From Escherichia coli (GTDB taxonomy: Bacteria > Pseudomonadota > Gammaproteobacteria > Enterobacterales > Enterobacteriaceae): DNA of 64,000 bases. The translations under genes and the position numbers were made by a program. Below are positions 36,259 to 48,666 of this stretch, in pieces. The notes under the pieces are model-generated. The model was given only the letters and a program-made list of their open reading frames with translations, did not search any database and had not been told where the DNA came from. The stretch lies in NCBI RefSeq assembly GCF_044324785.1, contig NZ_CP172127.1; one strand, 5' to 3'. How positions within the stretch are numbered: position 1 is the stretch's first letter; each line of letters starts with the position of its first letter.

Positions 36259-37077
36259 TCAGCGCATACTCTCCAGCAGCGTTTCAGCCATCACCCACAA
36301 TGCGCGGTTGAGCTTAATGTCGGTGTCGATGCTGTGAATGGCACGGGTATGGATACGTTTTCCTCTGGCACTGCGACCGGAAATCCCGCCTTTCAGCATA
36401 TTCTCCTGAATGGTCTGATAAGCACTCCACAGGTCCTTACCGTAATCCTCCCGGCGTCGTGGCGTCAGAATGTCGGCGGTGGTGACGGGCCGATGTTCGT
36501 CACCATAACGGTAAGTCAGTGCCGCCTGTGCCAGCGCCTGGCGTGCCGGTGGCGGCAGAATCAGCGACTGCATGGCATCACGCTTTTCCTCAATCCGGTC
36601 AAAAACCCCCACCACCTCGTAAGCCCCTTCAATAACTTTCTCCACCACATTTCCCCGGTGCGGAACACGCACTTCCCCCAGAGACTGACCACAGACGCAT
36701 CCGTTCTGACAGACGAACCTGAAGTAACCCGGCAGCATCTGGTAGCTGGAGGTACCGTCATGGGAGTTGAGCAGAATGATTTCAGGGACATGTTCTCCGT
36801 TTATCTCTCCGGCCCGCCGCAGACGCAGCATATGTTTTGTGTATCCCCGGCGGCCCGGGTCGCGCACACGGGTCTGGCAGGCGAAGAATGGCTGAAAGCC
36901 TTCCCGCTGCAGGCTTTCCAGTACGGTGATGGTGGGAATGTACGCATATCGTTTACTGCGGGAAGTATGCCGGTCTTCACCGAAAATACTGGGAACATAG
37001 TGCATCAGTTCTTCGTGTGTCAGCGGACGGTCACGGCGTATCTGGTTCGTATAACCAAAACGACTGGCTAGTCGCAT
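36259..37077 (-). CDS. DUF932-like island protein (YafZ family)
   Basis: 272 aa; position within the CP4-type module. The overlapping plus-strand ORF 36196-37071 is taken as an artefact. Confidence 0.65.
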   Translation of the reverse strand: MRLASRFGYTNQIRRDRPLTHEELMHYVPSIFGEDRHTSRSKRYAYIPTITVLESLQREGFQPFFACQTRVRDPGRRGYTKHMLRLRRAGEINGEHVPEIILLNSHDGTSSYQMLPGYFRFVCQNGCVCGQSLGEVRVPHRGNVVEKVIEGAYEVVGVFDRIEEKRDAMQSLILPPPARQALAQAALTYRYGDEHRPVTTADILTPRRREDYGKDLWSAYQTIQENMLKGGISGRSARGKRIHTRAIHSIDTDIKLNRALWVMAETLLESMR

Positions 37078-37403
37078 AATTTGCTCCTTATGAATGAGTT
37101 AGCGGTATAAATGAAAAAGCCGCGTCTCCCGGAGAAGACACGGCCTGACAGATGAAATGAATGACGTTTATTGTCTGAGAAGCCCTTCACTGGCGAGCTG
37201 CGTATTTTTATGGAAGGAGATCACCCAATAACCCCATCGGGATCGGGTAATAACCGGCCAGACTGTGATCGATTCAGATGCCATTTGGCAGCAAAAGAGC
37301 CTTCGGCAATAAACGTGATGTACAACCCGGCATATCTGTTACTCCCTGAAAGTAAAAGGCCCCGGTCATTATGACCGGGGCCTGAAGGGGAGTGACCTGA
37401 TTA

Positions 37404-40250
37404 TCAGAAAGTCACATTCAGCGTGGCCTGACCGTTATAGCCTTCGGCGCTGCTGCCGCTGACGCTGTGGGCATAACCGGCCTGAACGCCCAGGGTGATA
37501 TTTTCCCGGACACGGGCTTCCAGTCCGGCCTGCAGGTCCAGTGACGTGCCATTCTGGGACGGTGAGAACGTCATGTTACTGCCGGCGGCGGCTGTCCCCA
37601 TGCTCATGTCACCCCGGGAACTGAAGGTGCGGATAACAGAAGGCTGTACCCACCAGTTCACCGGCAGTTCACGCACACGGTGTTTTGCACTGTCGCGCAG
37701 GGTGTCACGGGATGAGGTGCCTTCACCAAAGCTCATATCGTTGTGGCTGCCCAGACGGAAGCCGGCACGCATATGTTGTGCACTGCCATGCCCGAACTTC
37801 ACATAACCGGCGTTATCCTGGCCGTCATCCAGGGAAAGTCCCTGCCAGGTGTACTGCAGTTGTGGTTCCAGCATCAGGTTGTCAGTGATACTGAAGGGCA
37901 GACCGGTTTCCAGTGAGCCCAGCCAGCCCCAGCCCCGGGCGCGGAAGTCGTTATTGTCCGATGACGCTTTCATGCTGTGGCGGGTTCCCTGTGCCATAAT
38001 GTCAGCCCACAGGCCGGAGGACGTGTGTACCAGATTCAGGTATCCGCCCAGGCTGCCGGCATCATCCCGGACCGTGCCGGCGCGGGAGCCGTCATCATCC
38101 TTAACATCAACGGAAGAATGGCCAGCAGCACTATATACCCCCGCGGTCACAGACATACCGGCAACCTCTGTTCTCAGCAGGTCACTCTCCAGACGGACGA
38201 AGCCATAGCTGCCGCTGCTTTCCGGCGTGGCCCCACGGGCAATACCGCCGTTGTTATCGTGACCGAGATGACCGCCCTGAATGCTGAGACGGACGCTGTT
38301 ATTTTCACCGTTTACACCGGTCTGATGGCTGCGGGAGCCTGCCAGAATCCGGTCATAGTCCATTGCCTGTGTCAGCATGGAGGCATACAGGGGGACTTCA
38401 GCACGATAAGCATTTTCACTGCGCAGGTACCAGTCTTCATCGCTGTCACGGTTCAGGGTGTAGTTAAAGGCACCGGCCTGAAGCGGGCGACTCAGGGCAA
38501 ACGCACCTTCTTCTGTGGTGGCACCATTCTGTGCATCCACAACCCGGATACCCTGTCCGGAAGTTGCCACCCCGAGGTTACTGTTTCCGACATTTGTGAA
38601 CGCAAGCCAGGTTTTGCCGGTTGCCTGACCACCATTAATCACCAGCTGGTCAGAGGCATTGCTGCCATCAAGGCGAACACGCATATTGATGGTGCCACCC
38701 TGACCGGTGAGGTTACTGGTGGTCAGTTTATGGAACGTTACCGGGGCGTCGCCTTTTGCAACAGCACGGCTCAGGACGGCATCCTGTGTCGTCTGATTAT
38801 CAAAGCGAATCTCCCCTGCGTTAACAATATCGCCGGTACTGACCACATCACCATTCAGTACCATGCTGGCGCCTTTACTGAGCTGTGTTCTGCCACTCAG
38901 ACTTCCCCCGGCAGCCAGCGTCAGTGTTCCACGATGTCCGACAGTGGTGTTGCCAGCCTGTCCCCCGGCATTAACCGTAAAGCTGCCGCCATTTTCCAGC
39001 AGCAGGCCGCTGGCCTGACCGGATATGCCATCAATACTGAACTTACCGCTGGCATTGGTCCCCTCAACAGTGGCACCACTGTCTGCAATCAGGGCACCAC
39101 CGGATGTCATGGTGACACCTGTCGCCTTACCACCGGCAGACACTGCCAGGGTACCGCCGTCATCCACCCGTGTTTTCTGCGCTGAATGACCCTCCAGTAC
39201 ATCCAGACGACCGCCGGACTCCAGAACAACACCGTCAGCCTTACCGTTTTCCACCGCGAAATTGCCCAGACGGTTGCTGCCGGTGACGGTTGCCGCCGTA
39301 CTGGTGACCAGTGCGCCTCCCTGCTTCAGGGTGACATTCGTGGCTGTACCACCGGCGTTCACCTGCAGTTTGCCTTTCTGGTTAACGGTGGTGAAATCCG
39401 CCAGACCACCTTCCTTGATAATCTGCCAGCCGTCACTGTTCACAACAGTGTCAGACGTTGTACCGCCGTTGTGTACATACTGGTTACCGCCATTCAGCGT
39501 GGTATCCAGTGCGTGGCCATGTACCGTCTGGTCGCCGCCGGCATAAACCACAGTGGTATTTGCTGTTCCTTCAACAGTCACAATCTGACGACCATTTTTA
39601 TTGATGGTGGTACGTACGGCATTTCCGCGAACAAACTGCCCGGTATCACCATTTTCTGCATCCGGTCCTCCTTCTGCGCCGGTATTCACAACGGTGTCTG
39701 TTGCCACTGCGCCGGGTTTGACGACCTGCCAGCCCTTATCATTAATGACGGTTCCTGTGGCTATCGCACCTTCATGCATCCACTGCTCGCCACCATTCAG
39801 CGTGGTGTTCAGTGCCAGTCCCTTCAGGCTTTGTCCGCCTCCTTCATTGATTATTGTGTCTGTAGCCTTTCCCCCGGCACCTACAAACTGGAGCCCGCCG
39901 CTGCTGATGGTGGTATTACTGGCTGTGCCGCCATCCTGTACCCATTGCCCGCCGGTATTGGCCTCGTTATCCGTCCCATACTCCAGCCCGGTACTGATGG
40001 TCATTCCGTTGGTCGTACCGAAGACAATCTGGTTGTCATGATTTGTCAGTGTTCCGCCGTTCACGGTTTCTCCCGCCTCTACAACCGTGTCAGCAGCCAG
40101 TGCCGGGACTGGCGTGACAGCAGCAAGAGACAGCGCAACCGCCACACCGGCGCGTTTTCCCCGTGAGCGGGCCAGTTCGGAAGCCACCACCAGGGTGCCC
40201 GTAATGTGATTCCATACCAGCCTGTAGCTGGTGTTCAGATGTCGTTTCAT
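37404..40250 (-). CDS. flu: Antigen 43 (Ag43/Flu) self-associating autotransporter adhesin
   Basis: Start taken at MKRHLNTSYRLVWNHITGTLVVASE... (extended autotransporter signal peptide); Gly/Thr-rich beta-helix passenger; C-terminal beta-barrel ending ...GQATLNVTF. The ORF-track frame extends 25 codons further upstream. Confidence 0.9.
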   Translation of the reverse strand: MKRHLNTSYRLVWNHITGTLVVASELARSRGKRAGVAVALSLAAVTPVPALAADTVVEAGETVNGGTLTNHDNQIVFGTTNGMTISTGLEYGTDNEANTGGQWVQDGGTASNTTISSGGLQFVGAGGKATDTIINEGGGQSLKGLALNTTLNGGEQWMHEGAIATGTVINDKGWQVVKPGAVATDTVVNTGAEGGPDAENGDTGQFVRGNAVRTTINKNGRQIVTVEGTANTTVVYAGGDQTVHGHALDTTLNGGNQYVHNGGTTSDTVVNSDGWQIIKEGGLADFTTVNQKGKLQVNAGGTATNVTLKQGGALVTSTAATVTGSNRLGNFAVENGKADGVVLESGGRLDVLEGHSAQKTRVDDGGTLAVSAGGKATGVTMTSGGALIADSGATVEGTNASGKFSIDGISGQASGLLLENGGSFTVNAGGQAGNTTVGHRGTLTLAAGGSLSGRTQLSKGASMVLNGDVVSTGDIVNAGEIRFDNQTTQDAVLSRAVAKGDAPVTFHKLTTSNLTGQGGTINMRVRLDGSNASDQLVINGGQATGKTWLAFTNVGNSNLGVATSGQGIRVVDAQNGATTEEGAFALSRPLQAGAFNYTLNRDSDEDWYLRSENAYRAEVPLYASMLTQAMDYDRILAGSRSHQTGVNGENNSVRLSIQGGHLGHDNNGGIARGATPESSGSYGFVRLESDLLRTEVAGMSVTAGVYSAAGHSSVDVKDDDGSRAGTVRDDAGSLGGYLNLVHTSSGLWADIMAQGTRHSMKASSDNNDFRARGWGWLGSLETGLPFSITDNLMLEPQLQYTWQGLSLDDGQDNAGYVKFGHGSAQHMRAGFRLGSHNDMSFGEGTSSRDTLRDSAKHRVRELPVNWWVQPSVIRTFSSRGDMSMGTAAAGSNMTFSPSQNGTSLDLQAGLEARVRENITLGVQAGYAHSVSGSSAEGYNGQATLNVTF

Positions 40251-40459
40251 CAGCTTTTCCTTACAGAGGGTGAATAAAAAAGCCGGTACCCACAAATGTG
40301 GATACCGGCAGGTACAAAACAGCATGGTCAGATAAAGTGGTTTTTCCCGGACATAAATGCTTCCCCTCTCTCATCCGCCAGAGAAGTATCAGTCCGTTGT
40401 GTGCAATTCCGTTCTGCATGATGAAGAGATTCAGCTGCCTTTTCGCAGACCATTAACCA

Positions 40460-40510
40460 CCATAAACGATCGATGACAACGATCGATACCTGTTTTATCG
40501 ATCGTTTTAT
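40460..40510 (-). promoter_or_regulatory. Ag43 phase-variation switch: cluster of three GATC (Dam) sites in the flu upstream region (expected OxyR-binding region)
   Basis: GATC at 40468, 40481 and 40500 within ~35 bp, 210-260 bp upstream of the flu start. Confidence 0.6.
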
Positions 40511-40621
40511 TCTATTAACAGCAAGGCAGTCACGCAAGAGAAAGAGGTGGGTATGAGGTGTTTGTATCATGTTTTCAGTTGGTTAACGCAATGTAATCAG
40601 GCATTTCCCCTGGCAGAATGT

Positions 40622-41494
40622 TCAGAAGAAAATCCAGTTCCATACAGCGCGGGCAACAGAGACCACCGTGTCACGGACGACACGCAGAACCGTACGAGCC
40701 ACAGAGGCAACACAGACGCTCTCCGCCGTGTCAAATATCCGGTCCACCGCACCGGTAAACTGTTCACGGGCCTGCCCCCGGACAGATTCCGTGCACAGCT
40801 CGTCCTGCAGGCGGGTCATCAGGGGACTGGCGGCATGGTCGGGAAGTGCTGTCATGAGCGCACTGACCAGCGTATCCAGTTCCCAGCCGGTGCGGGCCGA
40901 TACGGCCACAACCGGATGTACGGGCCGGAACAGACGGAATACCGCCTCCGTTTTTTCGCGAATGTTCTGTGCCTGTGCGGGAGAAGGCTGAATACCGGCC
41001 ATATCCCATTCATGGCAGGGCTCCGTTTTATCGGCCTGCGTCACCACAAACAGCACCTGCTGATGTCCCCGGTGCAGGATGTGTCGCCAGAAATACTCAT
41101 CCACAGACAGGGCACGGTCATCGGCTTTAATCAGCCACAGTACCAGGTCAAGTTCAGGCAGAATGTCACGGTACAGGGCTTCATACTCTGCATCCCTGTC
41201 CCGGCTCTCGCCCACCCCGGGCAGGTCAGTGATAACCATGCTGTGACCGTGGCCACTCAGACGGAAGCGCCGCACTTCCCGGGTGCCGGCGTGAACATCA
41301 CTGACCGGGGTGACCTCCCCCTGAAACAGTGCATTACAGAGTGAGGATTTACCGGCCCCGCTTTTCCCCATAATGCCAATCACGGGTTCGTGACTGGTGA
41401 GTTTACGCAGATGTTCCAGGATGTGACGGGAAAGTGAGTAAGGCAGGGAAGAAAGTGGTTTTTCAATTGCCTCAATGGCATCAGACGGATTCAT
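40622..41494 (-). CDS. YeeP/YkfA-like GTPase (50S ribosome-binding GTPase family)
   Basis: P-loop GIMGKSGAGKSSLCNALF and DLPG G3-like motif; start taken at MNPSDAIEAI... Confidence 0.75.
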   Translation of the reverse strand: MNPSDAIEAIEKPLSSLPYSLSRHILEHLRKLTSHEPVIGIMGKSGAGKSSLCNALFQGEVTPVSDVHAGTREVRRFRLSGHGHSMVITDLPGVGESRDRDAEYEALYRDILPELDLVLWLIKADDRALSVDEYFWRHILHRGHQQVLFVVTQADKTEPCHEWDMAGIQPSPAQAQNIREKTEAVFRLFRPVHPVVAVSARTGWELDTLVSALMTALPDHAASPLMTRLQDELCTESVRGQAREQFTGAVDRIFDTAESVCVASVARTVLRVVRDTVVSVARAVWNWIFF

Positions 41495-41757
41495 ACATGT
41501 ATTCCCGGTGAAAAAAGACAAAACCCCGCGCACCGGAAAGGTGGCGGGGGATTCACGGAGATAATATCTGTCTGAAATTATTTAGAATGCACCTGGTGCA
41601 CTGCAAAGGAAAGGCAATATTCCGTTCCTCCTCCTTGTCGTGAATACCCCAGGTATCTCACAATGTACACCGACTTACTCCGGGGCTGCCTGAACCACAA
41701 GATTGCTGTAGAATTGCCCCCAATGATTCAGGTCCAAACCAGGAAAATGGATTAAAA

Positions 41758-43167
41758 ATGACAAGTATTCAACAACGAGCAGAACTGCACCGCCAGATAT
41801 GGCAAATTGCCAATGATGTCAGAGGTTCTGTTGACGGATGGGATTTTAAGCAATACGTTCTGGGCGCGCTTTTCTACCGTTTTATCAGCGAAAATTTTTC
41901 CAGCTATATTGAAGCCGGTGATGACAGTATCTGTTATGCGAAACTGGATGACAGCGTAATTACTGATGACATTAAAGACGATGCCATCAAAACTAAAGGC
42001 TACTTCATCTACCCAAGTCAGCTTTTCTGCAACGTAGCTGCGAAAGCAAATACCAATGACAGACTGAATGCAGATTTAAACAGTATCTTCGTTGCTATCG
42101 AAAGTTCTGCTTACGGTTACCCTTCAGAAGCTGACATCAAAGGTTTGTTTGCTGATTTCGATACCACCAGTAACCGCCTGGGTAACACCGTTAAGGATAA
42201 AAATGCCCGCCTGGCTGCGGTTCTGAAAGGGGTTGAAGGGTTAAAACTTGGTGACTTCAACGAACATCAGATTGACCTGTTCGGCGATGCCTATGAGTTC
42301 CTGATTTCTAACTATGCGGCGAATGCTGGTAAGTCAGGCGGCGAGTTTTTTACACCGCAGCATGTCTCTAAGCTGATTGCACAACTGGCTATGCACGGGC
42401 AGACCCACGTTAACAAAATCTACGACCCAGCCGCAGGTTCCGGTTCGCTGTTGTTACAGGCGAAAAAGCAGTTTGATGACCATATCATCGAAGAAGGCTT
42501 TTTTGGTCAGGAGATCAACCATACGACCTATAACCTGGCGCGTATGAACATGTTTTTGCACAACATCAACTACGACAAGTTTGATATCAAGCTGGGCAAT
42601 ACGCTGACTGAGCCGCACTTCAGAGATGAAAAACCGTTTGATGCCATCGTTTCTAACCCGCCGTATTCAGTGAAATGGATTGGCAGCGATGACCCGACGC
42701 TGATTAACGATGAGCGTTTTGCCCCGGCTGGCGTCCTGGCCCCCAAATCAAAAGCTGACTTCGCGTTTGTATTACATGCGCTGAACTATCTTTCGGCCAA
42801 AGGTCGCGCCGCGATTGTCTGCTTCCCGGGTATTTTTTACCGTGGCGGCGCAGAGCAGAAAATCCGTCAGTATCTGGTCGATAATAACTATGTCGAAACC
42901 GTGATTTCACTGGCACCGAACCTGTTCTTTGGCACCACCATTGCCGTAAACATTCTGGTGCTGTCTAAACATAAAACGGATACCAAAGTTCAGTTTATTG
43001 ACGCCAGCGAACTGTTCAAAAAAGAGACTAACAACAATATCCTGACCGATGCCCATATCGAACAGATTATGCAGGTATTTGCCAGCAAGGAAGATGTTGC
43101 TCATCTGGCGAAATCTGTTGCGTTTGAGACTGTTGTCGCGAATGACTATAACGGCTTTGTTGAATAA
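41758..43167 (+). pseudogene. hsdM: Type I restriction-modification methyltransferase subunit HsdM (IC/EcoR124-like), 3'-truncated by IS903; no hsdR or hsdS present
   Basis: N-terminus [47 protein letters not shown]; SAM-binding motif [10 protein letters not shown]; catalytic NPPY motif ([11 protein letters not shown]). The last 4 codons plus stop (GFVE*) are encoded by the IS903 terminal repeat starting at 43153. 469 aa versus ~520 expected. Confidence 0.75.
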
Positions 43168-44209
43168 ATCAGATTTCGGGTAAGTCTCCCCCGTAGCGGG
43201 TTGTGTTTTCAGGCAATACGCACGCTTTCAGGCATACCTGCTTTCGTCATTTTGTTCAGCGCTCGTACCAGGGCCATAGCCTCCGCAACCTGACCATCGT
43301 AGTCACGCAGCGTCAGTGAACCCCCGAACAGCTGTTTTACCCGGTACATCGCCGTTTCCGCTATCGAGCGACGGTTGTAATCTGTTGTCCATTTCCACCG
43401 CGCATTACTCCCGGTCATTCGCTGATTAGCCACTGCACGGTTACGGTCTGCATATTCACCGGGCCAGTAACCCGCACCTTTTCGGGGAGGGATAAGCGCG
43501 CTGATTTTCTTACGCCGCAGTTCATCGTGACATAGCCGGGTATCGTAAGCGCCATCGGCGGCGGCTGACCTGATTTTCCGGTGGGTTTGCCGGATTAACC
43601 CGGGGAAGGCCTCTGAGTCCGTAACGTTGTTCAGCGACAGGTCAGCGCAGATGATTTCATGTGTTTTACTGTCAACGGCGAGATGCAGCTTACGCCAGAT
43701 ACGGCGGCGTTCCTGGCCATGCTTTTTGACTTTCCACTCGCCTTCACCGAAGACCTTCAGCCCGGTGGAATCAATTACCAGGTGTGCGATTTCACCCCGG
43801 GTGGGCGTTTTGAAACTGACATTAACCGACTTTGCCCGCCTGCTGACACAGCTGTAATCCGGGCAGCGTAGCGGAACGTTCATCAGAGAAAAAATGGAAT
43901 CAATAAAGCCCTGCGCAGCCCGCAGGGTCAGCCTGAATACGCGTTTAATGACCAGCACAGTAGTGATGGCAAGGTCAGAATAGCGCTGAGGTCTGCCTCG
44001 TGAAGAAGGTGTTGCTGACTCATACCAGGCCTGAATAGCTTCATCATCCAGCCAGAAAGTTATGGAGCCACGGTTGATGAGGGCTTTATTGTAGGTGGGC
44101 CAGTTGGTGATTTTGAACTTTTGCTTTGCCACGGAACGGTCTGCGTTGTCGGGAAGATACGTGATCTGATCCTTCAACTCAGCAAAAGTTCGATTTATTC
44201 AACAAAGCC
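43153..44209 (-). mobile_element. IS903-like insertion sequence (IS5 family), 1057 bp, without target-site duplication
   Basis: 18-bp terminal inverted repeats GGCTTTGTTGAATAAATC at 43153-43170 and, inverted, at 44192-44209. Length equals IS903 as I recall it. The 9-bp flanks differ (gactataac vs gttacccgc). Confidence 0.85.
43209..44132 (-). CDS. IS903 transposase (DDE)
   Basis: GTG start at 44132 gives a 307-aa product (VAKQKFKITNWPTYNKALINRGSITFWLDDEAIQAWY...); the ORF-track frame extends to 44177. Confidence 0.85.
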   Translation of the reverse strand: MAKQKFKITNWPTYNKALINRGSITFWLDDEAIQAWYESATPSSRGRPQRYSDLAITTVLVIKRVFRLTLRAAQGFIDSIFSLMNVPLRCPDYSCVSRRAKSVNVSFKTPTRGEIAHLVIDSTGLKVFGEGEWKVKKHGQERRRIWRKLHLAVDSKTHEIICADLSLNNVTDSEAFPGLIRQTHRKIRSAAADGAYDTRLCHDELRRKKISALIPPRKGAGYWPGEYADRNRAVANQRMTGSNARWKWTTDYNRRSIAETAMYRVKQLFGGSLTLRDYDGQVAEAMALVRALNKMTKAGMPESVRIA

Positions 44210-45339
44210 GTTACCCGCTCTTCAATCTCATGCAATTGATTATGCAATATCGCATTTTCATCCTTTTGCCCGGCTAATGAGTGGGTAAGCGTCTCAACTT
44301 CTTGCTGTAATGCGGAGCTCCTGGCCTGGAAAAACTCAAGTTCCTTCAGAACCCGATCTTTAAGAGAGAATAGGTACTCTTCAGCTGACAGCGTGGTGAT
44401 CCTATGATGGGCGGCGGCGATAAATTCATCATAAAAATCATCACTCTTTGCATCCAGGGCAACAACAAACTCTTTCACTTGCTGATAAAACGGGTGAAAT
44501 GCCGGACCAGAAATCGTGTTTAAATGCCACTCAAGGAACACGACAACATAGTTTTTATAATCTCTGAGACGGTGTTCCATCATCCCCTGCTGACAGATAA
44601 ACGCTTTAAGCGCCACCAATGCTTCAACAGCACAGCGGTGCGACTCTGCTCGCGTGGCGGATAGGGATTCACTACGGTTGATGGTATGAGAAATTAACGT
44701 TTCATTTAAGACCGAAATTCTGTTCGCCATGAGCATAAATGCGCAGACGAAGAAAAGATCGTTGGTCGTCCTGATTTCCTGAAAGCGAAGCTGATGACTA
44801 GTAATAAATTGACGCCTGAGAAGCTTGTCCCATGGCCACCAGACAAAGGTGCGGAAAAAGTCAGAGGGAATATCCTGGGATGAAAAAAACTTGAGATCAG
44901 GTAACAGCTCCTGGCGCACTGACCACGGCATCGGAGCATAAACCTGCAAGGCGGGATCAAAAGACTGGCTGCGACAGATAACGACATCCGCTTGTATATC
45001 GCTAGCACGTGCGTACATGCGCTCCAACATCATGTTATCGACATAATCGTCGTCATCAAGAAAAATAACGTACTCACCGGTAGCAGCATCCAACCCGATG
45101 TTTCTTGAGCCTCCCCCACCAAGATTTGTCGTGTTGTTAATGACTCTAATTCGTGAATCAGTTTCAGCCAGCGCCGAGACAATCTCTAAGGTATTATCGT
45201 CAGAACAATCGTTGACAATAATGATTTCAATATCATTTAATGTTTGCGACAAAACAGTGCTCAATGTGTCGGAAATATATCCCGCCGCATTGTGCACAGG
45301 GATAATAACGGAAACAGCTATACTCTCTTTTTCAGACAT
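44179..45339 (-). CDS. Family-2 glycosyltransferase; C-terminus replaced by IS903-derived codons
   Basis: N-terminal GT-A fold (VIIPVHNAAGYISDTLSTVLSQTLNDIEIIIVNDCSDDNT ... FLDDDD). The last 9 codons and the stop lie inside the IS903 right inverted repeat (IS boundary 44209). Confidence 0.7.
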   Translation of the reverse strand: MSEKESIAVSVIIPVHNAAGYISDTLSTVLSQTLNDIEIIIVNDCSDDNTLEIVSALAETDSRIRVINNTTNLGGGGSRNIGLDAATGEYVIFLDDDDYVDNMMLERMYARASDIQADVVICRSQSFDPALQVYAPMPWSVRQELLPDLKFFSSQDIPSDFFRTFVWWPWDKLLRRQFITSHQLRFQEIRTTNDLFFVCAFMLMANRISVLNETLISHTINRSESLSATRAESHRCAVEALVALKAFICQQGMMEHRLRDYKNYVVVFLEWHLNTISGPAFHPFYQQVKEFVVALDAKSDDFYDEFIAAAHHRITTLSAEEYLFSLKDRVLKELEFFQARSSALQQEVETLTHSLAGQKDENAILHNQLHEIEERVTALLNKSNFC

Positions 45340-45460
45340 GCAATCACCTTGACGCTTAGCTTATAAACGTAATTATATTTATTTATGGGTAGCGTTTAAT
45401 TTGTAGGTTGCCAGTTTATTAAGGATGGGTAAGATGAAAGCGACTGAGCTTCATCAAAAA

Positions 45461-46606
45461 TTACTCTTCAACAACATCACGATATGTTTTTAATGTTTTA
45501 TTAATGATCATCACACTCGAGAATTTATCTTGAATGCGTTTTCTGCCATTGATACCCATTGCGACGCGCGTTTCTGGGTTATCCAACAGGAAACCGAGTT
45601 TCTCCGCTAATTCCTCGACAGATTTACTTTTTACAATCAACCCATTATAGTTATTGATAATTAAGCTATCACAGCCACCAACATCATAAGCGATACAAGC
45701 GCGCCCGACAGAGGAAGCTTCCAGCAAGATACGCGGTACGCCTTCGGCGTAGACCGACGGCAAAGCAACGATATTTGATTCTTCAATTAAATCAAATACA
45801 TTAGAGCAATGACCGAGCCAGTTAATCACGCCTTCGCTTTGCCACTTCTGTATCGTCGCCAGCGGAATTGCGTCTTTATCATTCTCAACTAAAATACCGG
45901 CAACATTCAGCGTAAAGTGAATATTTTTATTACTCAGTATTTTTTTGGCTTCAATCAGGTCACCCAGTCCTTTACTCCACAGCATACGGCTGGCAAAAAG
46001 GACGACCGGAACATCACGCTGCTGCTCCAGAGAGTATTTGTAAATCTCTGGATTAATACCCGCGCCATCAATAACAATAGTCTGTTTGTAATCGATACCA
46101 ACCAGATCGGCAAGTTTAGCTCTGTCTTTATCATGTTCGAACATAAACAAACTGCATTTGTTACTGGCGATATACTTATATGCCATAACAGTAAAACTTC
46201 GCAGCAGCTTAAGACAGGCAGACTCTGCGGAAAATACTCGGCCCAAACCGACAAAACTCAGAATAACAGGACGATGGGTACTTTTAGCCAGAAAACCGCC
46301 GATCAAACAGGGCTTGATGGTAATGCAGTGCAACAAATCTGGATTGATGTTTTGAATAATTTTCCGAGCCTTAGAAAAGGCCCGAAAGAAAATCAAAACG
46401 TTGAATGATTGGGCGACAAGTGGAATGTTATGGCAAACAAAACCTAATGTCCTGAATTTTTCCGCTATTTTATCATCGACAAAATGGCTAATAATGTGAA
46501 TCTCATAACCGGCATCTCGGGCGGCAATTGCACGATCGGTCCAATGCAAATCAAAATACCAATCCGAATTTATGAAATAACACAGTTTTTTCATTGCTAT
46601 GTCCAC
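45461..46606 (-). CDS. wbbO: GT4-family glycosyltransferase, WbbO-like (galactosyltransferase of D-galactan I pathway)
   Basis: 381 aa; GT-B C-terminal signature EGVPRILLEASSVGRACIAYDVGG; position matches the last gene of the Klebsiella wzm-wzt-wbbM-glf-wbbN-wbbO order. Confidence 0.75.
   Translation of the reverse strand: MDIAMKKLCYFINSDWYFDLHWTDRAIAARDAGYEIHIISHFVDDKIAEKFRTLGFVCHNIPLVAQSFNVLIFFRAFSKARKIIQNINPDLLHCITIKPCLIGGFLAKSTHRPVILSFVGLGRVFSAESACLKLLRSFTVMAYKYIASNKCSLFMFEHDKDRAKLADLVGIDYKQTIVIDGAGINPEIYKYSLEQQRDVPVVLFASRMLWSKGLGDLIEAKKILSNKNIHFTLNVAGILVENDKDAIPLATIQKWQSEGVINWLGHCSNVFDLIEESNIVALPSVYAEGVPRILLEASSVGRACIAYDVGGCDSLIINNYNGLIVKSKSVEELAEKLGFLLDNPETRVAMGINGRKRIQDKFSSVMIINKTLKTYRDVVEE

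Positions 46607-48666
<2,060 letters not shown>

Noticed and set aside
36196-37071. 291-aa plus-strand ORF overlapping the DUF932-like gene
   Set aside because: The minus-strand product fits the conserved island gene order; the plus-strand translation shows no family resemblance.
37977-40166. Plus-strand ORFs of 402 aa and 326 aa overlapping flu
   Set aside because: They are antisense to the well-supported Ag43 autotransporter gene; the high GC and Gly/Thr codons generate long open antisense frames.
40328-40570. 80-aa minus-strand ORF upstream of flu
   Set aside because: It lies within the flu regulatory region containing the GATC cluster and is most likely a non-coding leader, not a gene.
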